The notes beneath the pieces were generated by a model that had not been told where the DNA came from, made no database searches, and saw nothing but the letters and a program-made list of their open reading frames with translations. A program made the translations under genes and the position numbers. This document shows, piece after piece, positions 48,913 through 58,551 of a stretch of 64,000 nucleotides of DNA. The stretch's first letter is position 1, and each line of letters starts with the position of its first letter. Source of the stretch: Opitutales bacterium (lineage in GTDB: Bacteria; Verrucomicrobiota; Verrucomicrobiia; Opitutales; PNEW01); contig CBDANS010000007.1 in the NCBI GenBank assembly GCA_965197745.1, positions 160,001 to 224,000 on the forward strand, read 5' to 3'.

Positions 48913-50071
48913 ATTCAGTGACTTTTTTTTGCGCAACTTCGCGCACTGACGCATCGAATTCTAAAACCTGCTCAAGGTTTTGAGGTTCGAAACTGGATAC
49001 GGTTTGAAATGTTTGTTCTATAATGCTTGGAATCGAAAGGTATTCAATCCGATTTTCAAGAAAAGCGCTGACGGCCAATTCGTTTGAAGCGTTAAACGCA
49101 GCAGGAGCAGTGCCACCCGTTTCAAGAGCTTCTCTGGCCAGATGCAGGCAGCGGAATCGTTCGAGATCAGGAGGGAAAAAGTCAAATTGCATGACTTGAT
49201 TGAAGTCAAGCGTCTCGTTCACCCCTTCACCCCGTTCGGGGTATAAGAGAGTGTGCTGAAGGGCAAAGGTCATAGAAGGAGGGGAAAGTTGCGCTAAGAT
49301 TGAACCATCGATGAATTCGACGAGTGAATGCACGATACTTTGAGGATGAACGACAACCTGGATATTTTCAGGTTCCTTGTTGAACAGCCAGTGAGCTTCA
49401 ATAATCTCAAGCCCCTTATTAGCCATGGTCGAAGAATCAACCGTAATTTTAGGCCCCATAGACCAGTTAGGATGTTTTAGCGCGTCCTCAGGAGTGATCG
49501 CTTTCATTTGCTCTAAGCTGTAGTCGCGAAAGGGACCGCCTGAAGCGGTGAGAATAACTTTTGCGAGATCTTTTCCATTGGAGTTCTGTAGGCATTGAAA
49601 AATGGCATTGTGTTCACTATCAGCCGGTAAAATTTGCCTTCCATGTTTTTTAGCCGCTTCCATTACGAATTTTCCTGCGAGGACCAGCACTTCTTTACTC
49701 GCGAGCGCAACGTCATTACCCGCTTCAAGAGCTGCCAGGGTGGGACGAAGACATATAGTTCCAGGAACCGCGATCACCGTAATATCAGCTTCCGGCAATG
49801 AAGCTAATTCAATGAGTCCTTCCATCCCACACGAGAAATGAACATCAGGGGAAAACAGACCGGATGAACACGCCTGCTTGTAAGCATTCTCATTGTATAG
49901 AGCAACGTGTTTGAGATCAAATTCACGCGCGATGCTTGCCAAGGACTCGTAGTTTGAAAAAGCAGCGATACCGGCAAGCCTGAGGCGTTCGTGATTACCG
50001 CGGAGGACACGGAGAGTATTTTCACCGATTGACCCGGTGGCACCCAAGAGAACGATACTTTTACGGTCCAT
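48902..50071 (-). CDS. dxr: 1-deoxy-D-xylulose 5-phosphate reductoisomerase
   Basis: LGATGSIG, PADSEHNAIFQ, HPNWSMGPKITVDS, NKGLE. Confidence 0.98.
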   Translation of the reverse strand: MDRKSIVLLGATGSIGENTLRVLRGNHERLRLAGIAAFSNYESLASIAREFDLKHVALYNENAYKQACSSGLFSPDVHFSCGMEGLIELASLPEADITVIAVPGTICLRPTLAALEAGNDVALASKEVLVLAGKFVMEAAKKHGRQILPADSEHNAIFQCLQNSNGKDLAKVILTASGGPFRDYSLEQMKAITPEDALKHPNWSMGPKITVDSSTMANKGLEIIEAHWLFNKEPENIQVVVHPQSIVHSLVEFIDGSILAQLSPPSMTFALQHTLLYPERGEGVNETLDFNQVMQFDFFPPDLERFRCLHLAREALETGGTAPAAFNASNELAVSAFLENRIEYLSIPSIIEQTFQTVSSFEPQNLEQVLEFDASVREVAQKKVTEYES

Positions 50072-50073
50072 TT

Positions 50074-50913
50074 TTATACTAAAAAATAATATAATATAAA
50101 ATAACCTACAGGGGCACTCAGAATGATGCTGTCCAGAAGGTCAAGTGCACCACCGATGCCTGGAACCATAGTGCCTGAATTTTTTTCACCCGCATGACGT
50201 TTGAGAATCGATTCAACAAGATCAGAGAGAATGGCGACAAGCGCAACAGGGATGGCCAAGATAGCTGCTTTCCATGGGTAAAATGAAAGAGGAAAATATT
50301 TTGAAAAAATTAAAACAAAAACAAAAGCGGTGAGAACAGCGAAAATGATAGCGCCCAATGCGCCCTCCCAGGTTTTATGAGGACTGATTTCAGGGGCGAG
50401 AAAAGTCTTTCCTAACTTACGGCCAACGAGAAACCCGCCAACGTCGCTAAACTTTGCAATTACAACAATCCAGAGGGCTAAAAACAGACCGGTCTCCGGA
50501 CTCGTGAATTGGTGAATAAGTAATACCAGGTACTTCAGCATATAGGGAATATAGATAATTCCGAACAGGGTAGAGATTAACGATGAGGTCTTGTTACTTA
50601 ATTTATTAAGACGAAGGGTAGCAACCGCGCAAACAATTGCTGAGAACGTTAGCAAGTCTGCGTTCGCGAGCAAATTGCCGGATGCTGTATACAAAGGCAG
50701 ATAATAGGAACCGAGAATAATTAAAACCCCCAGGAATAGGCCCAGTCTTTGCATCGGGGCATGTCCTGCTTTATCCAGGAGGCGGTACAATTCATATTGC
50801 GAAAGCGCACTGAGAAGAGCGAGAATCCAGACACCTGCTGTTGATCCAGCGACATACAGGACTACAAGGAGGGCTACCCATAAACCCACCGTACTGAATA
50901 TACGTTGCGTCAC
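50074..50913 (-). CDS. cdsA: Phosphatidate cytidylyltransferase
   Basis: ISPHKTWEG, DLVES.LKR....K.SG...PG.GG.LD..DS; uppS-cdsA-dxr-rseP order. Confidence 0.93.
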   Translation of the reverse strand: MTQRIFSTVGLWVALLVVLYVAGSTAGVWILALLSALSQYELYRLLDKAGHAPMQRLGLFLGVLIILGSYYLPLYTASGNLLANADLLTFSAIVCAVATLRLNKLSNKTSSLISTLFGIIYIPYMLKYLVLLIHQFTSPETGLFLALWIVVIAKFSDVGGFLVGRKLGKTFLAPEISPHKTWEGALGAIIFAVLTAFVFVLIFSKYFPLSFYPWKAAILAIPVALVAILSDLVESILKRHAGEKNSGTMVPGIGGALDLLDSIILSAPVGYFILYYFLV

Positions 50914-51680
50914 CTGTTTAAGATCGGCTCAGTTGGGCTTTGGCGAATTTGTTCTCCCGTTTTTCCGAAGCGTCGTTCCCGTTTCTTAAAACTTTCAATA
51001 GCTTCTATTAAATCTTTCTTGTCAAACTCAGGCCATAATTTGCGGGAGAAATAGAATTCAGAATAAGCGCCTTGTAAGAGCAGAAAGTTGCTTAATCGTG
51101 TTTCGCCAGAAGTGCGGATGATAAGATCAGGGTCGGGAATGCCATCTGTATAAAGGTATCCAGCGAAGTCATCCCATTGCAGGAAATCTGGGTTTTCGGT
51201 CCCTGCGAGGACGGCTCGGGAATAAGATTTAACAGCATCAACAACTTCGGTGCGGGCACCATAATTAAGCGCAAAAATAAGTGTTCGCTCATTATATTGA
51301 GAGGTATCCTCGGCCGCTTGATTGAGGAGAAGACACAGTCGGTGGGGCAAATCTTCTGCACGACCAATGACTTTAAGAGCGATCTGGTTTTTATGTAATT
51401 CCTTCACCTGAGTTTTAAGAAAGTGTTCCAGCATCTTCATCAGCGCTTCTACTTCTTCTGGGGGGCGATCCCAATTTTCAGCGGAGAAGGCATAAAAGGT
51501 AAGATACCTGATTCCGAGTTCCCGCGCGCACCCGACAATTTTCCTCACATTTTCAACACCCTGCCGATGCCCTTCGATACGCGGCAAACCATGCTGTTTA
51601 GCCCAACGGCCGTTCCCATCAGGAATTATTGCAACATGGATGGGTGATATTATATTATCGGCGTGGATTTTTTTTTTCAC
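50910..51680 (-). CDS. uppS: Undecaprenyl diphosphate synthase
   Basis: HVAIIPDGNGRWA, FSAENW.RP..EV, PDLIIRTSGE.RLSNFLL. Confidence 0.97.
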   Translation of the reverse strand: MKKKIHADNIISPIHVAIIPDGNGRWAKQHGLPRIEGHRQGVENVRKIVGCARELGIRYLTFYAFSAENWDRPPEEVEALMKMLEHFLKTQVKELHKNQIALKVIGRAEDLPHRLCLLLNQAAEDTSQYNERTLIFALNYGARTEVVDAVKSYSRAVLAGTENPDFLQWDDFAGYLYTDGIPDPDLIIRTSGETRLSNFLLLQGAYSEFYFSRKLWPEFDKKDLIEAIESFKKRERRFGKTGEQIRQSPTEPILNR

Positions 51681-51841
51681 GAAACTAGTTGAAAATAATA
51701 AAGCAATGAGTAGCCATTGCCTTTTTTGTTTAAGAGCTTACTTAGCCTATAAATTGAATAATTTCAATTTTTAGAGGAAAAGGCAAATGTAAAGGCCCAA
51801 TGGATTAAAAAGGCTGGCAATTAATGGATCAGTGGGCGGGC

Positions 51842-54049
51842 TCAATCAATAGGATGAAGGGCAAAAATTTTCCTCTGCAGATCAGTCTGCCGGGCAGTGC
51901 TCTTCTTATTACGGACCGCTATGGAATAAGCGACAGGATCTCCGACAATAAAAACTTTTTTCTGCCCGCGGGTAACAGCGGTATAGAGGAGATTCCTTTG
52001 CAACAACATAAAGTGCTGTTTAAGGAGGGGAATGATGACAATCGGAAACTCACTGCCTTGAGCTTTATGTACACTAATAGCGTAAGCAAGTTGGAGCTCG
52101 TCCCGTTCTGATCGATCGAAGTCGATTATTTGATTATCAAAGACCGCCGTAATAGATCCCGTTTCATGATTAAGATGTGTAATTTTACCCAGATCACCAT
52201 TAAATATGTTTTTATCATAATTATTACGTATTTGCAGAATTTTATCGTTAGGACAGAAAGTTCTTTGTCCCACGCGCAGACCGGAATGCTGCTTATTGAT
52301 GGCTTTCTGCATTTCGAAGTTAAAATTACTGATTCCAGCTACACCTCGATGCATGGGCGCGATTACCTGTACGTCAAGAAGCGGATCTACTGAATAGTAC
52401 TCCGGAATAAAATCGCGATAAAGACTTATTACAGTATTGAGACATGCCTGTGGATTGGTCTGGCGAATGAAATGCAAGTCGTTTTGAGGATTCAGCTCTC
52501 TTAAATTATCAACTAAAAATGGGGGTGTTGCATCACTGTTAAGAATTTTATAGGCGGTTGTGACAATCGGGCTTTGATCCTTTTGTCGAAATATCTTTCG
52601 CAAGCGGGTAACTTCGAATTTTCGACACTGTATAAGGTCGCGAAGAACATTGCCGGCTCCGATGGAGGGAAGTTGATCAACATCGCCGACCAAAACAACG
52701 TGAGCCATTGCGGGTACCGCGCTTAATAAAGCTGAGGCAAGCCTTACGTCAAGCATGCTTGCCTCGTCCACAATAATGAAATGAGTATTGAGAGGATTAC
52801 TTTCATCAATTTTAAAACGTCTCTTTGCCGGATCGAAATTTAGCAGTCGATGTATAGTCTGGGCATAAGCACCGGTAGTTTCGTGCATACGTTGCGCCGC
52901 GCGTCCGGTTGGCGATGCGAGTAACAGGCGCACTTTTTTGGCATTCAGGATATCAACAATGGCGCGAAGGATGGTGGTTTTACCGGTGCCGGGTCCCCCC
53001 GTAATGATAGAAAGTTTTCGGGTTAAACCGGAGCGGATGGCGCTGGCTTGTTCAGGCGCTAATTCGAAGCCCATACGTTCCTGCACCCAGTCGAGAGCAT
53101 TGTCCAATTTAATAGGGGGTAATGAGGATGGATGAGAGAGAAGTCTATGTACGCTCTGCGCAATTTTATCTTCGGCCATGGCGGTAAAAGCTAATTGGAG
53201 CAACCCATTTTCCGCAGATAAACGCAGGTTATTATTTTCTACGAGGACCTTAATTCGCTCATTAATATTACTCGGTTCAGTTTCAAGTAATTGCGCTGCA
53301 TAGGTGGATAATTCATCGCTGGAGATACAAGTATGCCCTTCGTCTTCAAGTTGCTGAATAGCGTAGATTATTCCAGCGTCGAGTCGGGGAGGACTATGAT
53401 TGGAAAATCCTAAATTAATGGCGATGCGATCAGCTGTTTTAAATCCGATCCCCACAATTTCTCGAGCGATAGTGTAGGGTTCATTTTGTATGACATTTTT
53501 GGCACTATTCCCGTATTGTTTAACCAGCTGCAGGCATTGCGCAGTTGATACCCCATAAGTATGCAGGAACATCATCACATCACGCATGGCTTGTTGTTCA
53601 TCCCACGCTTTTTTAATGGATCGCACCCGTTTATTACCGATACCCTCGACTTCGCGCAAACGCCCTGATTCCTCTGATATCACTTTCAGGGTCTCTACGC
53701 CAAATTGATCAACTATTTTATTGGCATAGACTTTACCGATGCCCTCGACGAGGCCACTGCCCAAATACGTTCGAATCCCATGCACGGAGGAGGGTAGAAC
53801 GGATTGAAAGGTGCTTATTTTAAATTGATTGCCGTGCTGAGGGTGATTTGTCCAATAACCCGAGAGATGAAGTGTTTCTCCACATTGCACACCCGGCAAG
53901 TTGCCGGTGATTGTGACCAGGGCACTTTTACCTTCCGGCCTTAATTCACCAACACAGAAATGCGTGTCTTCACTGGAAAATATAATGCGTTCGAGTACAC
54001 CGTTAAGTGACTCCTCACTCATTTTCGGAGTGATTTTATTTTCAGGCAT
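51842..54049 (-). CDS. recD2: RecD2-like ATP-dependent helicase
   Basis: N-terminal OB/HhH region, TGGPGTGKTT, VDEASM, GDVDQLPSIG, YAISVHKAQGSE. Confidence 0.93.
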   Translation of the reverse strand: MPENKITPKMSEESLNGVLERIIFSSEDTHFCVGELRPEGKSALVTITGNLPGVQCGETLHLSGYWTNHPQHGNQFKISTFQSVLPSSVHGIRTYLGSGLVEGIGKVYANKIVDQFGVETLKVISEESGRLREVEGIGNKRVRSIKKAWDEQQAMRDVMMFLHTYGVSTAQCLQLVKQYGNSAKNVIQNEPYTIAREIVGIGFKTADRIAINLGFSNHSPPRLDAGIIYAIQQLEDEGHTCISSDELSTYAAQLLETEPSNINERIKVLVENNNLRLSAENGLLQLAFTAMAEDKIAQSVHRLLSHPSSLPPIKLDNALDWVQERMGFELAPEQASAIRSGLTRKLSIITGGPGTGKTTILRAIVDILNAKKVRLLLASPTGRAAQRMHETTGAYAQTIHRLLNFDPAKRRFKIDESNPLNTHFIIVDEASMLDVRLASALLSAVPAMAHVVLVGDVDQLPSIGAGNVLRDLIQCRKFEVTRLRKIFRQKDQSPIVTTAYKILNSDATPPFLVDNLRELNPQNDLHFIRQTNPQACLNTVISLYRDFIPEYYSVDPLLDVQVIAPMHRGVAGISNFNFEMQKAINKQHSGLRVGQRTFCPNDKILQIRNNYDKNIFNGDLGKITHLNHETGSITAVFDNQIIDFDRSERDELQLAYAISVHKAQGSEFPIVIIPLLKQHFMLLQRNLLYTAVTRGQKKVFIVGDPVAYSIAVRNKKSTARQTDLQRKIFALHPID

Positions 54050-54084
54050 GCTCAATAAGAGGGTGTCGGAACAGTAATGCTATA

Positions 54085-54759
54085 TCAATCGATTGGCACT
54101 TCCATTGCATCCTTTGGAGCAGTAAATCCAAAAACTGCTTCGCCAAGCGCAAATAAATCAGGGTATACTCCTTCAGCTCCGGCATCAATCAGCGGTTCAC
54201 GCGTATGGGTGCCAGTAGTCACCGCATAACCGATCATATCAACTGCTGTTGCGGCGGCAATGTCAAAGGGCGAATCCCCAATGAGGCAGCAGTCATCCGG
54301 TGTAGTATTTAATTGAGTGAGAATATATTGAGTAAATTCGCGATCGGGTTTGCGATAGGGCGTATCTCCATGACCAACGATGGCGTCAAGATAACAATCA
54401 ATCTTCATGTGAGCGCAAAGTTGTCGGGAGCTATCGCCCCCTTTGTTGGTAAAGACTGCGGTTTTATAACCGCGTTCCTTAAGTGAATGGAGGATCCAAC
54501 AAACACCGGGGTAGATGACGATATCTTCAAGAAATATTTCATCAAAATGTTCCTGGAAATGGATAAGCGCCTCGGATAATTTTTCTTTTCCGATTAAGCG
54601 CTCAAGCGTTACCGGGACCGAACCGCCGATGGTGCGTTTGACGGTATCGAAATCAACGGGGTTGAGACCAATTTTTTTCTGAGCATAAACATAACAACGA
54701 TAAATTACGTTAAAATGATCGATTAGTGTTCCATCAAGATCTAATAATACGGCATTCAT
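54085..54759 (-). CDS. HAD-superfamily hydrolase (Gph-like)
   Basis: DLDGTL, FTNK, KPD, IGDSPFD. Confidence 0.9.
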   Translation of the reverse strand: MNAVLLDLDGTLIDHFNVIYRCYVYAQKKIGLNPVDFDTVKRTIGGSVPVTLERLIGKEKLSEALIHFQEHFDEIFLEDIVIYPGVCWILHSLKERGYKTAVFTNKGGDSSRQLCAHMKIDCYLDAIVGHGDTPYRKPDREFTQYILTQLNTTPDDCCLIGDSPFDIAAATAVDMIGYAVTTGTHTREPLIDAGAEGVYPDLFALGEAVFGFTAPKDAMEVPID

Positions 54760-54876
54760 GGTGATAATTTAGTCATCAGGCAGCATTTGCCCGTGATAAC
54801 GGGTTGAATAAAATATAAATATTGTGTGACAAATATGGGATCACCTCTAAAGCTTAAGCCATAAGAGTCAATCAGT

Positions 54877-56016
54877 ATGGATTCTCAAGAACAAATAAAA
54901 CTGATAGAGAGCGTTCGAGAAGGCAATGATCTCACTCTTCGTCTTTCAGGGGATTGGTCGTTAATGGGAACCATACCGGAATTTAATACCATAATTGACA
55001 CATTTCCACTGGATACAGATATACAGGGTATTAAATTCGATGTCGCCCAATTGGTCACTTGGGAGTCAGGTCTGCTCACATTCCTGCTGAAAGTTATGGA
55101 ATATGGGAAAGAGCGTGACTTAGAAGTATATGTGGATTCATTGCCCGATAACATCCAGCGATTACTTCGTCTTTCACAGGAGGTTCCGGAAAAAGAGGAT
55201 GTGGGTAGAAGAGATGCCGAGCACGCTTTTTTACCACGGGTTGGTGCGTGGGGAGTCTCTCTTTTCGATGGAGGCTTAATTTTTACACGATTTGTCGGTG
55301 AGGTTTTTTTAAGTGTTCTTAAACTCATCAGTGGCCGTTATCATATGCGTTGGGGTGATTTTTTTGTCATCGTTCAGGAAACAGGGGCCAAAGCACTCCC
55401 CATTGTTTCACTCATCGCTATACTAATCGGGCTTATTGTTGCCTTTCTTGGATCTGTTACGCTTGCCCGTTTTGGCGCCGAGATTTATGTCTCCTATCTG
55501 GTAGCTTACGGGATACTCAGGGAAATGGGCGCGATAATGACGGGTGTCATCGTTGCCGGTCGCACGGGCGCGGCCTTTGCCGCACAAATCGGGACGATGA
55601 AGGTAACCGAGGAAATCGATGCGCTGAAAACCATGGGAATATCACCTGTAGATTTCATCGTTCTCCCACGTATGCTGGCACTTATTATTATGATGCCGCT
55701 TCTTGTTCTCTACGCGGATATCCTTGGTATTATCGGTGGGCTGTTGGTAACTACCCTCCTCCTGGATTTTTCAGTTTACCAGTTTCTTGAAGGGATGAAT
55801 GAGGCGGTTGCTTTACCCGATTTTTACTTGGGCATAATTAAAGGAACTGTATTTGGTGTTTTAGTTGCTATTTCCGGTTGTCTAAGGGGAATGCAATGCG
55901 GGAATAGCGCTGATGCCGTTGGTTTGGCAGCCACTTCTGCTGTCGTTACGGGTATAACCTTGATCATTTTTGCTAACGCTGTCATTGACTGGATTGCAGC
56001 CATCCATGGATTCTGA
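54877..56016 (+). CDS. mlaE: MlaE-family ABC permease with N-terminal STAS-like domain
   Basis: LREMG, AGRTGAAFAAQIGTMKVTEEIDAL, AVG.A.T.AVV. Confidence 0.9.
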   Translation: MDSQEQIKLIESVREGNDLTLRLSGDWSLMGTIPEFNTIIDTFPLDTDIQGIKFDVAQLVTWESGLLTFLLKVMEYGKERDLEVYVDSLPDNIQRLLRLSQEVPEKEDVGRRDAEHAFLPRVGAWGVSLFDGGLIFTRFVGEVFLSVLKLISGRYHMRWGDFFVIVQETGAKALPIVSLIAILIGLIVAFLGSVTLARFGAEIYVSYLVAYGILREMGAIMTGVIVAGRTGAAFAAQIGTMKVTEEIDALKTMGISPVDFIVLPRMLALIIMMPLLVLYADILGIIGGLLVTTLLLDFSVYQFLEGMNEAVALPDFYLGIIKGTVFGVLVAISGCLRGMQCGNSADAVGLAATSAVVTGITLIIFANAVIDWIAAIHGF

Positions 56017-56021
56017 TATAA

Positions 56022-56789
56022 GTGATGAACGTTATTTCTCAACCGAAAATTGAAGTGCAGGATCTGGACTTGGCCTATGGCTCCTTTGTTGTCATGCGTG
56101 ATCTAAAATTTTCCGTCAAGCAAGGTGAGATCATGATCATTATGGGGGGCAGTGGTTGTGGGAAAAGCACACTGTTAAAACACCTTATCGGTCTTATCGA
56201 TCCTGTCCGCGGCGATATTCTCTATGACGGAGTAAGTTTCGTGAATGCCGATCTGGACAAAAAACAAAATACCTTGCGAACCTTTGGTGTGCTCTACCAG
56301 GCGGGAGCGCTTTGGAGCTCAATGACACTGGAAGAAAACGTTTCCTTACCGCTTGAGGAATATACCAATCTCTCGAGCGGAGAAATTCGTGATATTGTCA
56401 CCTATAAGTTGTCTCTTGTCGGGTTAAAAGGCTTTGAGGCGTTCTATCCTTCCGAAATCAGCGGTGGCATGCGCAAACGCGCCGGGCTGGCCCGCGCGAT
56501 GGCTTTAGACCCTGAGATTCTCTTTTTTGATGAACCGTCGGCGGGGCTCGATCCGGTCAGTTCACGCCGGCTGGATGATCTTATTCTGCAACTTCGCGAC
56601 AGTCTTGGCTCAACCGTTGTGGTGGTGACACATGAATTAGCGAGCATTTTCGCGATCGGTGACAATTCTATCTTCCTCGATGCTGAAAGCAGGACAATGT
56701 CGGCGATGGGAAATCCGGGTGAGCTTTTCAAGAATCCACCCAATGAAAACGTGCGATACTTTCTTTCTCGCGGTGAAAAAGCGAATTAA
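56022..56789 (+). CDS. mlaF: MlaF-family ABC ATPase
   Basis: GGSGCGKST, ISGGMRKRAGLARAMALDP, DEPSAGLDP. Confidence 0.9.
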   Translation: MMNVISQPKIEVQDLDLAYGSFVVMRDLKFSVKQGEIMIIMGGSGCGKSTLLKHLIGLIDPVRGDILYDGVSFVNADLDKKQNTLRTFGVLYQAGALWSSMTLEENVSLPLEEYTNLSSGEIRDIVTYKLSLVGLKGFEAFYPSEISGGMRKRAGLARAMALDPEILFFDEPSAGLDPVSSRRLDDLILQLRDSLGSTVVVVTHELASIFAIGDNSIFLDAESRTMSAMGNPGELFKNPPNENVRYFLSRGEKAN

Positions 56790-56849
56790 TTTAATTTTAA
56801 AGTCCCTTAGTCTGGAAATAAAAATTTTGATCATGAATAAGCAGATAAA

Positions 56850-57863
56850 ATGAGTTTAAAAGCCAGTCCTACGGTAATCGGTGTTTTCGTTTTAGGGGCG
56901 TTAGCTATCGCAGTTGCAGGGATCATCATTGTCGGGTCGGTCAAAATTTTTACCGAAAATGAGGAATTTATCATTTATTTTGATGAATCAGTGAGCGGAT
57001 TGGATATTGGCTCTCAGGTTAAATTTCGTGGTGTTCCCATCGGTCAAGTCACCGAGATAATGATTCGTTATAATCAAATCGAATTATCAGGCCATATCCC
57101 TGTGGTGATTGAAATTGGGACAAGCCGGCTCGCGAATCAGTTGGGGGTTCCCGTGGACTTAAAAGATGATATTGTTTTCCTGGACCAGATAAATACAGGA
57201 CTGCGAGCCCAATTGGTTATGGAAAGTTTTATCACGGGACTTTATTATATCGATTTATCCTACCTCGAGGATGCCCCTCCCCCTATTTTTATCCAGGACA
57301 AGGTCATATATAAAGAAATACCTTCCATAAAATCACCCTTTGCCGAGATCGGTCAGAGCGCAAATGAATTCATTGCTAACTTGAGTAAACTGGATATAGA
57401 GAAACTTAATAAAAAATTGTTTACTCTTCTGCAGAGTGCCAATGACGCGATTGATGATGTAAACTTCAAAAAAATCAGCGACAATTTTATCGAGGTGACC
57501 GCATCGATTACGGAGTTGGTTAATTCAGAAAATGTGCTGGAGGTATTGGAAAATTTAAAGACGACCTTAGTGGAATTACGTAATCTGGCGGCGAAGATAG
57601 AAAAAAATATTGATCCTGTTCTGGCGGGAGCTAAGGCAACGAATGAGAAAATTCAGCTTACATTAGTCAGCTTGAGAAATACTGCTGATCGAATTGAAAA
57701 TGTTCTCACCCCTGAATCGTCAATGCGCTATGAAGTCGAACGCGCTTTAAGTGAACTGTCAGCCGCCGCTCAGGCAATCCGCCAACTCAGTGACCATCTT
57801 GAACGCAATCCAAAATCACTTTTAACCGGTAAAAACCCACCTGATAAGGTAATAGAAAAATGA
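56850..57863 (+). CDS. mlaD: MCE/MlaD family protein
   Basis: TM anchor, SVSGL..GS.V.FRGV.IG.V, helical C-terminus ending ERNPKSLL. Confidence 0.88.
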   Translation: MSLKASPTVIGVFVLGALAIAVAGIIIVGSVKIFTENEEFIIYFDESVSGLDIGSQVKFRGVPIGQVTEIMIRYNQIELSGHIPVVIEIGTSRLANQLGVPVDLKDDIVFLDQINTGLRAQLVMESFITGLYYIDLSYLEDAPPPIFIQDKVIYKEIPSIKSPFAEIGQSANEFIANLSKLDIEKLNKKLFTLLQSANDAIDDVNFKKISDNFIEVTASITELVNSENVLEVLENLKTTLVELRNLAAKIEKNIDPVLAGAKATNEKIQLTLVSLRNTADRIENVLTPESSMRYEVERALSELSAAAQAIRQLSDHLERNPKSLLTGKNPPDKVIEK

Positions 57864-58510
57864 AGATTCCGACATCGCTGATGTATGTTCTCCTCTCCAT
57901 AAGCCTGCTCATTTGGCTGAGTGGGTGTATCAATCTTGATCCCAAGGCTGATCCGACAAGGTTTTACCTGATCACTGTGAAAAATGAGGGGAAAAAAGCA
58001 CAAATTATCGACGACGATAGTGGGATTAGCATTGGACTGCAACGTGTGGATATTCCCGCTTATCTCAATAACAGAAAAATCGTTGTGCGTTACGACACTC
58101 AGGAAATTCGCTACGCAGAATACCATCGGTGGGGTGAGGATTTAGAAATTGCGATAAGCCGGGCCGTGGCCGTCGATCTCCTTAAGAATGATTGGGTGAA
58201 ACGAGTATCAATCGTTCCCTGGCAAGATGTTGCTGTCCATGACCTCGAAGTAAAGATTCGTATTATGCGATTTGATGGTGATGTCAGAGGGAAAATTACC
58301 CTTCGCGCACTATGGGAAATCAAGGATCCCGATAGTGGTAAAAACCTCTTGAGTGGTGATACCACGGTTAACCGCAGTGGCTGGAATAGTAAGGATTATG
58401 AACGACTGGCCGCGTTAATGAGCGAGACTTTGGCCACATTATCTGCTGATCTTACGGCAGCGATAAGTAAATTACCACCGCCATCAGATGATGAAGCAGG
58501 TGAGCTATAA
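57860..58510 (+). CDS. PqiC-like ABC auxiliary lipoprotein
   Basis: Lipobox LSGC, TRFYL, V.IPAYL, HRWGE.L. Confidence 0.85.
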   Translation: MKIPTSLMYVLLSISLLIWLSGCINLDPKADPTRFYLITVKNEGKKAQIIDDDSGISIGLQRVDIPAYLNNRKIVVRYDTQEIRYAEYHRWGEDLEIAISRAVAVDLLKNDWVKRVSIVPWQDVAVHDLEVKIRIMRFDGDVRGKITLRALWEIKDPDSGKNLLSGDTTVNRSGWNSKDYERLAALMSETLATLSADLTAAISKLPPPSDDEAGEL

Positions 58511-58551
58511 AGTTAATAATCGGCCTTTAGGGGACGATTATTAATCAGGTA